NCBI GenBank assembly: GCA_963741205.1
Contig: CAVUHW010000030.1
Coordinates: forward strand, 64,001 to 128,000
Direction: 5' to 3'
Origin: Nitrospirota bacterium
GTDB taxonomy: Bacteria; Nitrospirota; UBA9217
Length of the DNA stretch: 64,000 bases
Both the position numbers and the translations under genes were made by a program. The notes below the pieces were generated by a model. It saw only the letters and a list, made by a program, of their open reading frames with translations, ran no database searches and was not told the DNA's origin. Shown here in pieces: positions 41,228-52,107 of this stretch; within the stretch, counting starts at the first letter, position 1; each line of letters opens with the position of its first letter.

Positions 41228-42509
41228 TTATTCCTGCGGGGCCTCTGCGAAGACCGGGAATATCTTGCTGATGACCCAGAACAGCGACGAAGGGCATGAT
41301 GAAGATGCTGAGAGCGCCGAACAGACCCTTCCTTGAAGGTCTCCCAGTCTGTGCGGGATGATCGGCAGATGGTAGTGCATGTAGCCCGGCGAAGGAGAGG
41401 GAGAACGCCTGACCGCCGATCACCACGTTCCACCGCATCATGAACACGCCGAAGAGCACGAGGATGACGCCGAAAACCGCCCTTCTGATCGTGAGTCCGG
41501 GTATCAGGAACAGGATGAGCGGTACGAGGTTGCCGATGCCGTACTGCAGGATGAAAATGTCCCGGAAGTCCCTGCCGTAGATGACGCTCCGGAGCACGTC
41601 CCAGGACTTGAGCGCCGTGTACCCGCGGAAGATCAGGTCCAGAAGCTCCAGACTGATCGCGGCGATCAGGAAAAAGAGGAGATACTTGGCGGTCATCTGG
41701 ATGACGTGGACCTCGACTCCCTTGATCTCTTCGATGGACTGCGACCGCATGCCTGGCTGCATCCTTTTGCGCTTTGCCAGGAACTTCTTGATCTCCATGG
41801 TGATGATGTAGGTGAGCATGCAGAGCGCGATGCCCGAGACCACGGCGGACATGATGAAGATCACCGGCATGAGCGGCGTCATCCAGAGGGCGTTCGCCTT
41901 GACGGACCCGAAGATGAAGCCGGCATAGCCGTGGAGGAAGCAGGCAACCGGGATGCCGATGCCGGCCAGGACCTTGATCGCCTTCTCGTCCCGGTGGAGC
42001 GCCTCTTCGCTGATGTCATACACGCCCAGCGTCAGCGAACAGAAAATGAAATACTGGATCCACTCGGCAATGGTCTTGTCCTGTTTCTCCCGAAGCTTGA
42101 GCGACTTCTCGACGAAGTGCTTGCGGTACAGAAACCAGAGCTCCGAGGCCACGATCGCGCCGTAGGTGAAAAAGACGACGCCGAAGGCCGCGATGGCCGA
42201 CGTGAAGTGGGGGGTCATGAAGATCTCGATGCCGCGGAACGGGAACTGGAGGTGCAGCACGATCGGCATGGGCGCCGCGAACAGCAGGGCGAAGGAGAAC
42301 ACCAGCGCGAAGCGGGCGATGTCCTTAAGCTGCTTGATGCCGAACACGTGGTAGAGCGACGACAGAACGAAGGCGCCTGCCACCAGGCCCGTCATGAAGG
42401 GATACATCACGATCTGGACGCTCCAGTAGATGAACTCGTTCGGATAGACGAACAGTTCCTTGACGGTCCATAATTCTCCGTGGGCCAGCATTTCTCCGGG
42501 GGCTACCAT
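41228..42509 (-). CDS. NrfD/PsrC family membrane subunit (CbcU-like)
   Basis: W...IVMYPFMTGLVAGAF, HL..P.R, SAIAAFG, HGYAGFIFGS.KA...W....MP..F..SA.VSG, MRWNVVIGGQ; real stop at 41228 after frameshift. Confidence 0.88.
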
Positions 42510-43299
42510 TACCGCACCTCCCTGTCGAGGCCTATGTAGAAGACCTGCGGTTTTGTTCCGTATTCTTCCTTCAGCACTCCCACACGCTCGGTCATGATGA
42601 CCTTCGTGACCGGGTCATTCGGGTCCTTGATGTTGCCGATCTGCCGCGCGCCGAAGGGGCAGGCCTGGACGCAGGCGGTCTTCATGCCCTTGGTGATGCG
42701 GTGGTAGCAGAAGTTGCATTTCTCGGCCGTATGATACACGGGGTGGAAGAAGCGGACGCCGTAGGGGCAGCCCATGATGCAGTAGCCGCAGCCGATGCAC
42801 CACGTCCGGTCCACGAGAACTACGCCATCCGGCGGCCTGATAGGTGGCGCCCACCGGGCAGACCTGCACGCAGGGCGGGTTGTCGCACTGGTTGCAGAGC
42901 TTGGGCACGAAAAACGCCTTTTCGATGTCCTCATTTCTGATGTCCTCGAACTTGCCCTCGCCGAGGTCGATCTTCGAAGTCGTGAACCCGTCCCGCGCGC
43001 CCAATGGGCGTGTCGGCGTGGAACTTTCCGTCCTTGGTGATCACGTAGCGTTCGACCCAGGTGCGGGTCACGTGCGCGTCGTAGGGCACCTCGTTCTCAA
43101 GCTTGCAGGCCTTGACGCAGAGCCCGCAGCCGACGCACTTATAGGTATCTACCAGGAAGACCCACCGGACCTTCTGCTTGTCCGCCGCTTCCTGGGCCAT
43201 AAGCTTCTTCGGGTCTATGATCTCGAAGGCCGCCAGAGGCAGCGCCGCGCCCGCGATCCCCGCAGCCGCGGTTTTCAGGAAATTTCTTCTCGATATCAT
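42509..43299 (-). CDS. Tat-exported 4Fe-4S dicluster protein (NrfC/PsrB, CbcT-like); frameshifted
   Basis: SRRNFLK Tat motif; [36 protein letters not shown]....CV.ACP. Confidence 0.9.
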
Positions 43300-43767
43300 C
43301 GTAAGCCTCCCATCGGATTGTGCGGATTGTGGCAGCTCGAACACTCGACGTCGGGATTATGCTTGTCGGGGTCGATGCCCCGGATCTTCGAGCGGCCGCT
43401 CGTGGGATAGGGCAGCGGATAGTGACAGCGCAGGCACTGGGCCCTGCTCCTGTCTATGGCGAGCTTCGGCGGATCGGCCGGGATGGTCGACGGCCGGACC
43501 GTGACAGTTCTCGCATTGGATGATCCGGTGCGGCGTCTTATTGATGCTGTCGTATTTGTCGGGGTGACAGTCCTTGCAGTATTCCTTGCCCTGATACTTG
43601 ACCTTGAACTTTTTCCAGTCTTCCTCGTTCCCATGCCGGTGCCAGCCGTACATGTAGCCGCGCTGACCGATGCCGAAATCCTTCGGGACCAGCACGATCC
43701 TGGCCAGCAGTATCAGGATGACGATACCGATGATCACGATCAGCGGCCTGTAGACATGATTTTTCAT
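43296..43767 (-). CDS. tetraheme cytochrome c (CbcS-like); frameshifted
   Basis: N-terminal TM; CKDCH, CENCH, CLRCH, CSSCH; order cyt-FeS-NrfD matches Geobacter Cbc4 (cbcSTU). Confidence 0.82.
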
Positions 43768-44297
43768 ACCCTTCGTCCCCTCCCCAAAGTTGGATGCGTC
43801 TTCCGAGCCGCCTCCGCCCCGTTCACGGTCCCCCGTTTTGCAGGTTTTGCTTCATCATCATTGCCGCTCCTTCCCAGAGAATGGCCAGAAAGCTGAGCGA
43901 GAGTCCTCCCACCAGGGCGAAGATGCTGCAAGAGCTGCCATTTAATGACGACAAAGAGAATGATGAAAATGGCCAAAAGCTTGAGGACGCCGATAATGCT
44001 CGCGGCGAGGTTTGAAAGGCCCGGCGTCGCGCCTTTCCTCAGGTAGATCCGTTCCACGGCAAAGGCGAGCCATCGAAAGTTCAGGAGGCCGAGCGCCCCG
44101 CCGAAGAGGATGCTCAGCGGAACGAACCACCACCGCTCTCCGCCATGCCGGACGAGGACGTATGCGAGGTCGACGGCCGCAGCGACAAGGACGATCAGGG
44201 AGGTTTTTATCGCCACGCCTTTTACGATTCCCGCTACGGCCAGTTTTGCTGTCTGGGCTTCGCTTGTCCTCGAATGATTTAATGGGGAATCAGTCAT
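43764..44297 (-). CDS. atpI: ATP synthase protein I
   Basis: S...GG.LGLLNF.WL four-TM pattern, downstream of atpZ; 3' end probably frameshifted. Confidence 0.7.
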   Translation of the reverse strand: MTDSPLNHSRTSEAQTAKLAVAGIVKGVAIKTSLIVLVAAAVDLAYVLVRHGGERWWFVPLSILFGGALGLLNFRWLAFAVERIYLRKGATPGLSNLAASIIGVLKLLAIFIILFVVIKWQLLQHLRPGGRTLAQLSGHSLGRSGNDDEAKPAKRGTVNGAEAARKTHPTLGRGRRV

Positions 44298-44542
44298 TTG
44301 TTTTTATCATCATCTTCGTCGTCGAGGGATTTCTGGCTGCGTTTGACATACACGAACAGGTTTCTGAAGCCCGCGGCGATGCCCAGTATCAGGAAGACCG
44401 CCGTAAGCCACGGTGCAGTGCCGAGCCACTTATCCAGCTTGAGCCCTATGAAGAGTCCGATCACGGTAGCGAATACCATGGTCAGCCCCACGGTGCTGAG
44501 GACGCCGAGCATGCGGATGAGCTTGCGGTCTTTTTCTTCCAT
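44294..44542 (-). CDS. atpZ: AtpZ/AtpI family protein
   Basis: LSTVGL..V.AT.IG..IG..LD.W.GT.PWL...FL.LGI.AGFRN. Confidence 0.88.
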   Translation of the reverse strand: MEEKDRKLIRMLGVLSTVGLTMVFATVIGLFIGLKLDKWLGTAPWLTAVFLILGIAAGFRNLFVYVKRSQKSLDDEDDDKNK

Positions 44543-44556
44543 GATGTAAGGCTTTG

Positions 44557-44657
44557 TTACCGCGGAGAACGCAGAGGGCGCAGAGTAAAACTTTGAATCT
44601 TGAATTGAAATCCGAAAAGTTGATTTCCTCTATGATCTCTGAGTTCTCTGCGATGAA
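44557..44657. repeat. interspersed inverted repeat with 9-bp-period arms
   Basis: ACCGCGGAGAACGCAGAGGGCGCAGAG ... CTCTATGATCTCTGAGTTCTCTGCGAT. Confidence 0.55.
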
Positions 44658-44662
44658 TACTC

Positions 44663-45946
44663 TTAAAGACCCTTCAGGCTCTTCCGCGCCGCCTCAATGG
44701 TCTTGTCGATATCGGCCTGGAATGTGCCAGGGATAGGAACGCAGCCTCGAACTGCGAAGGCGCAAGGTTTACCCCGTTCTTGAGCATGGACAGGAAGAAC
44801 TTGCCGAACCGCGCCGTATCGGATGTCTTCGCGCTCGCAAAATCCTTGACCTTCTTCTCTGTAAAAAATCCCGTGAACATGGACCCGACCCGGTTGAATG
44901 TCACCGCGACGCCCGCTTCCCGGGCGGCCTCGCGAAGACCTTTTTCAAGTTCAGCGGAACTTTTTTCGAGAGACTTGTACACCCCGGGCTTCGCGAGAAG
45001 CTTCAGCGTCTCGATGCCCGCGGTCATGGCCAGAGGGTTCCCCGAGAGCGTGCCCGCCTGATAGATGGGCCCCACGGGCGCGACTTTCTCCATGATCTCG
45101 CGCCGGCCGCCGAAAGCGCCGACGGGCAGGCCGCCGCCGATCACCTTGCCGAGACAGGTGAGATCGGGTTTGATCTTGTACAACTGCTGGGCGCCGCCGT
45201 AAGCGACGCGGAAACCGGTCATGACCTCATCGAGGATGAGGATGATGCCATATTGATCGCAGACCTGCCGGAGACCCTGCGAGAAATCCCGGTTCCGGAG
45301 GCACGCAGCCCATGTTCCCCGCCACCGGCTCCACGATAATGCAGGCAATCCGCTCCCCTTCCCGGGCCGTCAGATCCTTGATTGCCGCGAGATCGTTGTA
45401 GGGGACCGTCAGGGTATATTTGGCGAGGTCTGCGGGCACGCCGGGGCTGTCGGGCAGGCCGAAGGTCGCCACGCCGCTCCCTGCCTTCACGAGAAGGCAA
45501 TCGCCGTGACCGTGGTAACCGCCCTCAAACTTGATGATCTTGTCCCGTCCTGTGAATCCTCTGGCCACCCTTATAGCGCTCATGGTGGCTTCGGTGCCGG
45601 AACTCGCCATGCGAACCATCTCGATGGAGGGAACCGCCTTCTTGACCATCTTTGCGAGCGTGATTTCGAGCTCCGTGGGCGCCCCGAAGCTCGTGCCGTC
45701 GGAGATCGCTTTTTTGAGCGCCGCGGATACGCGCGGATGGGCATGCCCCAGGATCATCGGCCCCCAGGAGAGGACGTAATCAATGTACGCCTTGCCGTCG
45801 GCGTCGTAGATTTTAGATCCCTTCGCCTTCTTGATAAAGAGCGGTTCGCCGCCCACCGAGCGAAAGGCCCTCACCGGGCTGTTCACTCCGCCCGGGATAT
45901 GCTTCTTTGCTTCCTCAAACAACTTTTTCGATCGTGCCCCTGACAT
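44663..45946 (-). CDS. hemL: glutamate-1-semialdehyde 2,1-aminomutase; frameshifted
   Basis: [63 protein letters not shown]. Confidence 0.96.
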
Positions 45947-46190
45947 GCATGCTCCTCTCAAGTTGAAGGTGATGGATTATCGTACGGCAAAAAAGGACTT
46001 TCCTAAAATATGAAAATCCACGGTGATTGTCAATGAAAAACGATGATTTTCAAGGCTAAATTACAAGTAAACATTATGTGACAATCAGAATTTGCATGTT
46101 GTATTGCAACGAAGCAAAATCGGCGGTCGTCCCGATAAAATCGGGACGTCAGAAATACGGAAAGCCGCGCAAACTGAAGTTTGCGGCTAC

Positions 46191-46684
46191 CTAAGAAATA
46201 TTTCGACTATTCACGATGAACTCCGCGACGCCTTCGGCGTCGTTCCAGTCAAAGCGGGGGATGGAAACTTCGAAGGGCCGGTCGCTCACCAGTGCGAGAA
46301 AGGAAGGGTCGTCGAGGCAAAGCGGCCGGTCTCCCGATACGCCGGAACGGAAAACCTCGATCCGGTTCACAGCCGAGTGCTTGAACCCCTCCTGGATCAC
46401 AATGTCGGCGTCTCCCGCAATCCGCGCGAGTTCCTCGGGAGACGGTTCCCGGGAGATATTCTTCAGAAGCGCCATGCTGTCCGGTCCCACGAGGACGACG
46501 GCATCGGCCCCCGCCTGCCGGAAACGCCAGGAGTCCTTGCCCGGCTTGTCGAGTTCAAAACCGGCGGAGGCGTGCTTTACCACGGTCACGCGCAGACCCC
46601 TGGCCTTGAGTATCCCTACTACCTTTTCAATAAGGGTGGTTTTGCCGCTGTTCGAGGACGCTGCGACGAAGGAAACGATCTCAT
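46191..46684 (-). CDS. mobB: molybdopterin-guanine dinucleotide biosynthesis protein B
   Basis: SNSGKTTLIEK..., VKH....FELDKPGKDSWR...AGA, EGFK; ATG one base out of frame. Confidence 0.9.
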
Positions 46685-46790
46685 GGTATAATCCGAAATC
46701 TGCAAAGAATCACCCTTGCTCCCTTGAAGGGGAGGGATTATCTCCTGCTCCCCCTCGATTCTCGAACTCCGACATGCCCGCACCCGCTCG

Positions 46791-47591
46791 CTACGCCTCC
46801 GTCAGCTCCGTTTTCTTCGGCTTTTTCCTTCTTCCGAATATCCGCGCGGCAATGATGCCGAACTCATAGAGCAGGTAGATCGGGATGGAGAGGATCGTCT
46901 GGTTGAAGATATCCGGCGTGGGCGTCAGGATCGCGCCGACGATGAACGCGCCGAGAACGGCGAATTTCCGGTACTTCGCGAGCGTATCGGGGTTCACGAT
47001 CCCCAGGCGGCTCAGGAGGACGATGACGAGCGGCAGTTCGAACACCACCCCGCTCGCCAGGAGAAACTTCAGGACAAAATCGATATAGTCCCCGATCCTG
47101 ATGATCGCGATCAGGTTTTCAGTCTTGTAGGAGAGCAGAAAGGGAATGGCCACGGGAAGCAGGACCAGGAAGCAGAAAAGTACGCCGATTCCGAAAAATA
47201 TCGACGAGAAAAAGACGAAGGACCCCACGTACCGCCGCTCTTTCAGCAGCAAGCCCGGCGACAGAAACTTCCAGAGCTGGTACATGACGAACGGGAAGAC
47301 CAGCATGATGCCGGCGATGAGCGCGATCTTCATATGGGCCCAGAACGGCTCGATCAGCGTGGCATAGTGCAGTTTCTGCTGCACCTCATAGGGGACGGCC
47401 GAAACATAGGGGTATGCGCCCTGCAGCGACAATTTCGTGTTCATGGGCCACAGGAGCAGTTTCAGGATGTTCTCGGAGTAATTAAAGCAGACCCCGAAGC
47501 CCACGGCGATGCCGATGACCGAACGAACGAGCCTCTTCCTGAGTTCCTCCAAATGGCTCCAGAACGGCATCCGCATCTCATCATCAGGCAT
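46791..47591 (-). CDS. tatC: twin-arginine translocase subunit TatC
   Basis: [19 protein letters not shown]...E, FELP, LTPTPD, LYE. Confidence 0.96.
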   Translation of the reverse strand: MPDDEMRMPFWSHLEELRKRLVRSVIGIAVGFGVCFNYSENILKLLLWPMNTKLSLQGAYPYVSAVPYEVQQKLHYATLIEPFWAHMKIALIAGIMLVFPFVMYQLWKFLSPGLLLKERRYVGSFVFFSSIFFGIGVLFCFLVLLPVAIPFLLSYKTENLIAIIRIGDYIDFVLKFLLASGVVFELPLVIVLLSRLGIVNPDTLAKYRKFAVLGAFIVGAILTPTPDIFNQTILSIPIYLLYEFGIIAARIFGRRKKPKKTELTEA

Positions 47592-47946
47592 TGCCTTTGG
47601 TCTCCTCGCTCTTCTGCTGGTCCGGTTTCTCTTGATCCGGCTCCGGCGCCGGCTGCTGTGCCGGACTCTGCGCCGTATCCTTTTTTTCGGCGGCTTTCAC
47701 GGCCCCCGCCTTGATTGCATCCGGGATATCGAGTTTGCTCAGTCTCTTGATCTCATCCATATCCGCGCTCTTCTCCACTTCCTTCATCTCTTCGTGGATG
47801 GTCTCCTTGAATTCTTCCGTCGCCTTCTTGAACTCTGCCATGGCGCGGCCGATGGACTTGCCCAGCTCCGGCAGCTTCTTGGGGCCGAAAACGATCAGGG
47901 CTATGACGAATATGACCAGCAGTTCAGGTAATCCGAGACCGAACAT
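47584..47946 (-). CDS. tatA: TatA/TatB family subunit
   Basis: [28 protein letters not shown]....EFK; could be TatB. Confidence 0.85.
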   Translation of the reverse strand: MFGLGLPELLVIFVIALIVFGPKKLPELGKSIGRAMAEFKKATEEFKETIHEEMKEVEKSADMDEIKRLSKLDIPDAIKAGAVKAAEKKDTAQSPAQQPAPEPDQEKPDQQKSEETKGNA

Positions 47947-48155
47947 ATGATTCTCCTCTGAATATTTGAAATTGCGGACTGAGAAAAGAGAAAAAGCCGT
48001 TAATCCGAAATCCGCGTTCCGCAGTCAATCACGGCGGGCAAATCTGTTCATAGATAACATGGAGCCAAGAGCTAGTCAAGATATTTCATAAGGTTATGTC
48101 TTGCTCCGAAAGTATAGCGCGAAAAAAGGCTGGATGCAATGCCACGAAATGCGGT

Positions 48156-48524
48156 CTAAAGCGCCACCCGTATGACCGTCTTGACGTTGCCCCGGACGTT
48201 GAAGTCTCCCACCACTTCAAGAGAGCGCGGTTTAAGGTTTTTTTCGAGCGTATCGAATATCAGATTCGTCACCGACTCATGGGACACGCACTGGTCCCTG
48301 AAACTGTTCAGATAGAGCTTCAGGCTTTTCAGCTCTACAACTTTCTTGTCCGGCGTATAGGTGACCTTGATCGTCGCGAAATCGGGATATCCCGAGCGCG
48401 GGCAGAGGCAGGTAAACTCCGGATACGAAATGTCGATGACGTAATCCCGGTCCGGGTTGGGGTTGGGCCATAATTCAAGCTTTGCCTGTTTGATTGCTTT
48501 CGTACCGTATTTCATATCCATCAT
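48156..48524 (-). CDS. queF: preQ1 synthase (7-cyano-7-deazaguanine reductase, type I)
   Basis: [25 protein letters not shown]....SHE, F..RG. Confidence 0.95.
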   Translation of the reverse strand: MMDMKYGTKAIKQAKLELWPNPNPDRDYVIDISYPEFTCLCPRSGYPDFATIKVTYTPDKKVVELKSLKLYLNSFRDQCVSHESVTNLIFDTLEKNLKPRSLEVVGDFNVRGNVKTVIRVAL

Positions 48525-48648
48525 ATTACCGGTTTTGCCGATTTCTGTAAAGGCAAACTTCCGCCTTCTGCCGATTTGAGTTGTTTTTTCCGGTCCTTGA
48601 ATATATAATGATTATTACGCTATTATTTTACGATAAAGAGGTCCCCGC

Positions 48649-49693
48649 ATGACGCACAGCTTCAACTGCATCGCAACCGGCATCGGAAGTCTTCCGCATG
48701 CGGAGCCCGACAAGGCCGCGGCCCTGTCGCTTCAGTATCTTCGCGGAGGCGCCGTTCTGGCCCCAGCTCCCGCAGAGAGACTTTCGGGAACACATGGACG
48801 GCCAGTACAGCGAGGCCTTGCCCGGCCTCAGGCTCGACGCGGCGAAGAAGCGATTCTTTTTCGATACGTCGCAAGACCTCACGCCGGAGCTGGAAAAATT
48901 CTTCGGCCGTTTCATCGAGAAAGACTACGGGTTCTTCCAGATCTCGGAAGAATACGCGCCCGGGTTCTATTCCTTCCTCCGCGCCCTGAAGAAGGGCCTT
49001 CCCGCGGGAGCGCGGTTCGTCAAAGGGCACATCACCGGCCCCCTTACCGCCGGCATATCCTTTAAAGACCAGACCGGCAGGGACATCGTCCATAATGACG
49101 TGCTCTTCGACGCCGTGGTCAAGGGTCTCGCCATGAAGGCGGCCTGGCAGGTGCGGGAACTCGGCCGGTTCGGCAAGCCGGTCATCATCTTCATCGACGA
49201 GCCTGCCATGGAATCGCTTGGATCGGCCTTTTCGGCGGTCTCGTCCGAGGTCGTGGCGGAAAAGCTGAACGAGATCATCGACATGATACACGAGCTGGGC
49301 GGCATTGCGGGCATCCACTGCTGCGGCAATGCGGACTGGCCCCTGCTGTTCAATTCGAAAGTGGACATCGTGAACTTCGACGCCTTCGGATACATGGAAA
49401 AGGTGCTGCTCTATCCCGAAGACATCAAGAAATTCTACAGCCGCGGCGGCGCGCTCGCCTGGGGGGTCGTACCCACGGGCGCCTTCACCGGCAGCGAGAC
49501 CGCGGAACTGCTCCTTGCGAAACTCGAAGCAGGGATGAAGCGGCTGGAAACCCGCGGCATCGCCCGCGAGACCATCTCTGCGCCAATGCCTCATCACGCC
49601 CTCCTGCGGCATGGGCAGCCTCACACCGGAGGCGGCGGAGGCGATCCTGAGCTGCTCCGGGAAGTTTCGGACAGGATGCAGAAAACCATTTAA
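48649..49693 (+). CDS. core (folate-independent, MesB-like) methionine synthase; frameshifted
   Basis: TGIGSLPH, PFWPQLP, KG..TGP.T, IDEP, GIHCCG, FDA, LAWG.VPT and LITPSCG (other frame). Confidence 0.75.
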
Positions 49694-49880
49694 CCACGGA
49701 TGAACGTAGAACACACTGATCGCGTGCCACTACGTAGGCAGCGGATAAGATCAAAAACGATAAATTGGACGCAGATAATAATCCGATAAACGCGGATGAA
49801 GGCATAGATTCAGGGCTTACAAAGTGTCTTTCCGCGAATGATTTCATCCGCGTTTATCCGCGTAAATCTGCGTCCAAATT
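49693..49880. repeat. interspersed inverted repeat
   Basis: GGACGCAGAT...GATAAACGCGGATGAA ... TTCATCCGCGTTTATCCGCGTAAATCTGCGTCC. Confidence 0.6.
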
Positions 49881-49895
49881 TTTTTCATACATCTC

Positions 49896-50707
49896 ATGCC
49901 CCGGTATTTACATTTCACGAAGTTCATCTTTTTCTCCCTCGCACTGCACGCGCTGATGGTCGCTGCGGCCCTGTTCCTGATCAAGCCGGCGGCGACGGAA
50001 ATCCCCGTCTTTACGCCCGTCAGGATCGTGAACCTGCCGCCGCAGGAGGCCAAACAACTTCCCCCGCTGCGGCAGCCGGCTCCCGAGCGTCCCGTTCCTC
50101 CTCCGCCGCCCGTTCCACAACCCGTGGTTCCGGAGAAACCGCTGCCCCCGAGGCCGTGCCCATGCCGAAGAAATTCGGTGGTAGCGAAGAATTGAGGCTT
50201 CCGAAGACTTCTCCGCCGGCGGGCGTACCCGAAGGCGCGGAACAGGGCGGGGAAACGGGAAAGGCCGGGACCGCCGCCGGCCCGAAAACAGACCGGGACC
50301 GCTCCCGTTTCTGACGCAGAACGACATTGACCAACTCGCGCGCAAAGGCATGCCCGCAAGGCAGCCGGGGGATGAGTCGGTGACGCTCGATACCGATGAA
50401 TTCAAATTCATTTCCTACAACCGGTGGCTCAAGATGAAGATCGAAAGCGTGCTCAAATATCCCGAGCTCGCGGCCACGATCGGGCTACCAGGGAACACTC
50501 TTCATCAAGTTCGACATCCTGAAGGATGGGTCGCTCGGCGGGGTCGAGATCCTGAAGGGGTCCGGATACAAGATCCTGGACGACGAGGCGGTCCGCGCTA
50601 TCCGTTCAGCGGCGCCGTTCCAGCCTCTGCCCGACGACTGGAGCATGGAACGCTACTCGATCAGGGCCGCGGTGATCTTCTACATGAGTGAAGGTTATAT
50701 CCGATGA
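49896..50707 (+). CDS. energy transducer TonB; frameshifted
   Basis: TM with SLALH, Pro-rich linker, Y...LK..IE....YP..A...G.QG...I.F.I..DG......SGY.ILD.EA..AI..AAPF.PLP. Confidence 0.85.
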
Positions 50708-51900
50708 CGGACCTCATCAAGATAGGCGCCGCTTTCGCGATGATCGTTCTGCTGCTGCGCCTGCGCTGCAACCTCGGCCTCGTGATGCTCGCGGGAGCGG
50801 TGTTTCTCGGTTCGCTCTACCGGATCGGCCCGGCAGGCCAGGCGCTGGTCCTGCTGCGCTCGGCCGCCGATCCGGTGACGATCAACCTCGTGACCGGCCT
50901 CGTGCTGATCATGGTGCTCGAGAACATCATCAGAAAAAGAGGGCTGCTCAAGCGCATGATGGAGGCGGTCGTGAACGTGGCCCGGGACCGGCGCATTGCC
51001 ATGGCGGTGCTGCCGGGCGTGATCGGCCTTCTTCCCTCCGCCGGCGGCGCGGCCTTCTCCGCGCCCATGGTCCAGGAGGCGGCGGCCGACGCGGACATGA
51101 AGCCCGAGCACAAGGCGTTCATCAACTACTGGTTCCGGCACATCTGGGAATACTGCTCGCCTCTCTACCCGGGCGTCGTGCTCGCCGCCGCCGTGACAGG
51201 GACGCCGATCAACAAGTTCCTGCTGTCGCAGCTCCCGCTGCCCCTGGCGGTCGTCGGCGTGGGCGCCCTTCTGGGGTTCCGCGGGCTTACGACCCCAAGC
51301 GTCTCCGGTAAGCGGGACCGCGATGAAATCAAGGCTCTTTTCCTGACCCTCCTGCCGATCACAGCCTCCATCGTCCTCGTTGTCGTATTCCGGATGCCGC
51401 TCGCCGTCGCCATGATAACGATCGTGATCGCCATGTTCCTGTTCTATCGCTATTCCCTCAAGGACATCATGACCACGCTCAAGGAAAGCGTTTCCCTGAA
51501 CGTCATGCTCATGGTCTTTGGGATCATGACCTTCAAGGGAATGCTGGACGCCTCGGGCGCGATCGAAGCCTTGCCGGTTTTTTTCAAAGGGAGCGGCCTG
51601 CCTACAGGCGTGATCTTGTTCGCGCTTCCCTTCATCGTAGGACTCCTGACCGGCCTCACCGTCGGCTTCGTCGGCGCAACGTTCCCGATTATTACGGCCA
51701 TGATGGGCGGCCACCCGGACCTCGGGGCATACACCTTTGCCTTTGCCTCCGGCTTTGCCGGCGTCATGCTCTCCCCCACCCACCTCTGCCTCCTGCTGAC
51801 GATCAAGTACTTCAAGGCGGACATGGCCGGAACCTACCGGCTCATGTACCTGCCGGTGCTTCTGGTCTTCGCCGTCGGGCTGATCAGGCTGTGGTTTTAA
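50704..51900 (+). CDS. DUF401 family membrane transporter
   Basis: IGLLPS.GGA.FSAPMV, INYWFRHIWEY..PLYPG, SP.HLCL.LT..YF. Confidence 0.88.
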   Translation: MTDLIKIGAAFAMIVLLLRLRCNLGLVMLAGAVFLGSLYRIGPAGQALVLLRSAADPVTINLVTGLVLIMVLENIIRKRGLLKRMMEAVVNVARDRRIAMAVLPGVIGLLPSAGGAAFSAPMVQEAAADADMKPEHKAFINYWFRHIWEYCSPLYPGVVLAAAVTGTPINKFLLSQLPLPLAVVGVGALLGFRGLTTPSVSGKRDRDEIKALFLTLLPITASIVLVVVFRMPLAVAMITIVIAMFLFYRYSLKDIMTTLKESVSLNVMLMVFGIMTFKGMLDASGAIEALPVFFKGSGLPTGVILFALPFIVGLLTGLTVGFVGATFPIITAMMGGHPDLGAYTFAFASGFAGVMLSPTHLCLLLTIKYFKADMAGTYRLMYLPVLLVFAVGLIRLWF

Positions 51901-51913
51901 ATTCCAGAATCCA

Positions 51914-52040
51914 ACCACGAGACACACCCTGCACTCGCGCGGCTGCACTCGTAACCGCTGGGTGCAGCCTTACGGAGCGAAGAAGAAGTGGACCTCATCA
52001 CGAATCCTAAAACCTCCGTGTCTCCGTGACTCCGTGGTTC
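51914..52040. repeat. interspersed repeat with 9-bp-period arm
   Basis: AACCACGAGACACAC...ACGGAG ... CTCCGTGTCTCCGTGACTCCGTGGTT. Confidence 0.5.
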
Positions 52041-52107
52041 GTTTTCGCTGAATTCCGGCACGAATTTCCGTTTGATTTTTCAAGCTGGTTATGTTACTTT
52101 CCCCTTC

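Noticed and set aside
48525-48648. preQ1 riboswitch upstream of queF
   Set aside because: No preQ1-I stem/loop plus A-rich tail found; the short region reads as a divergent promoter
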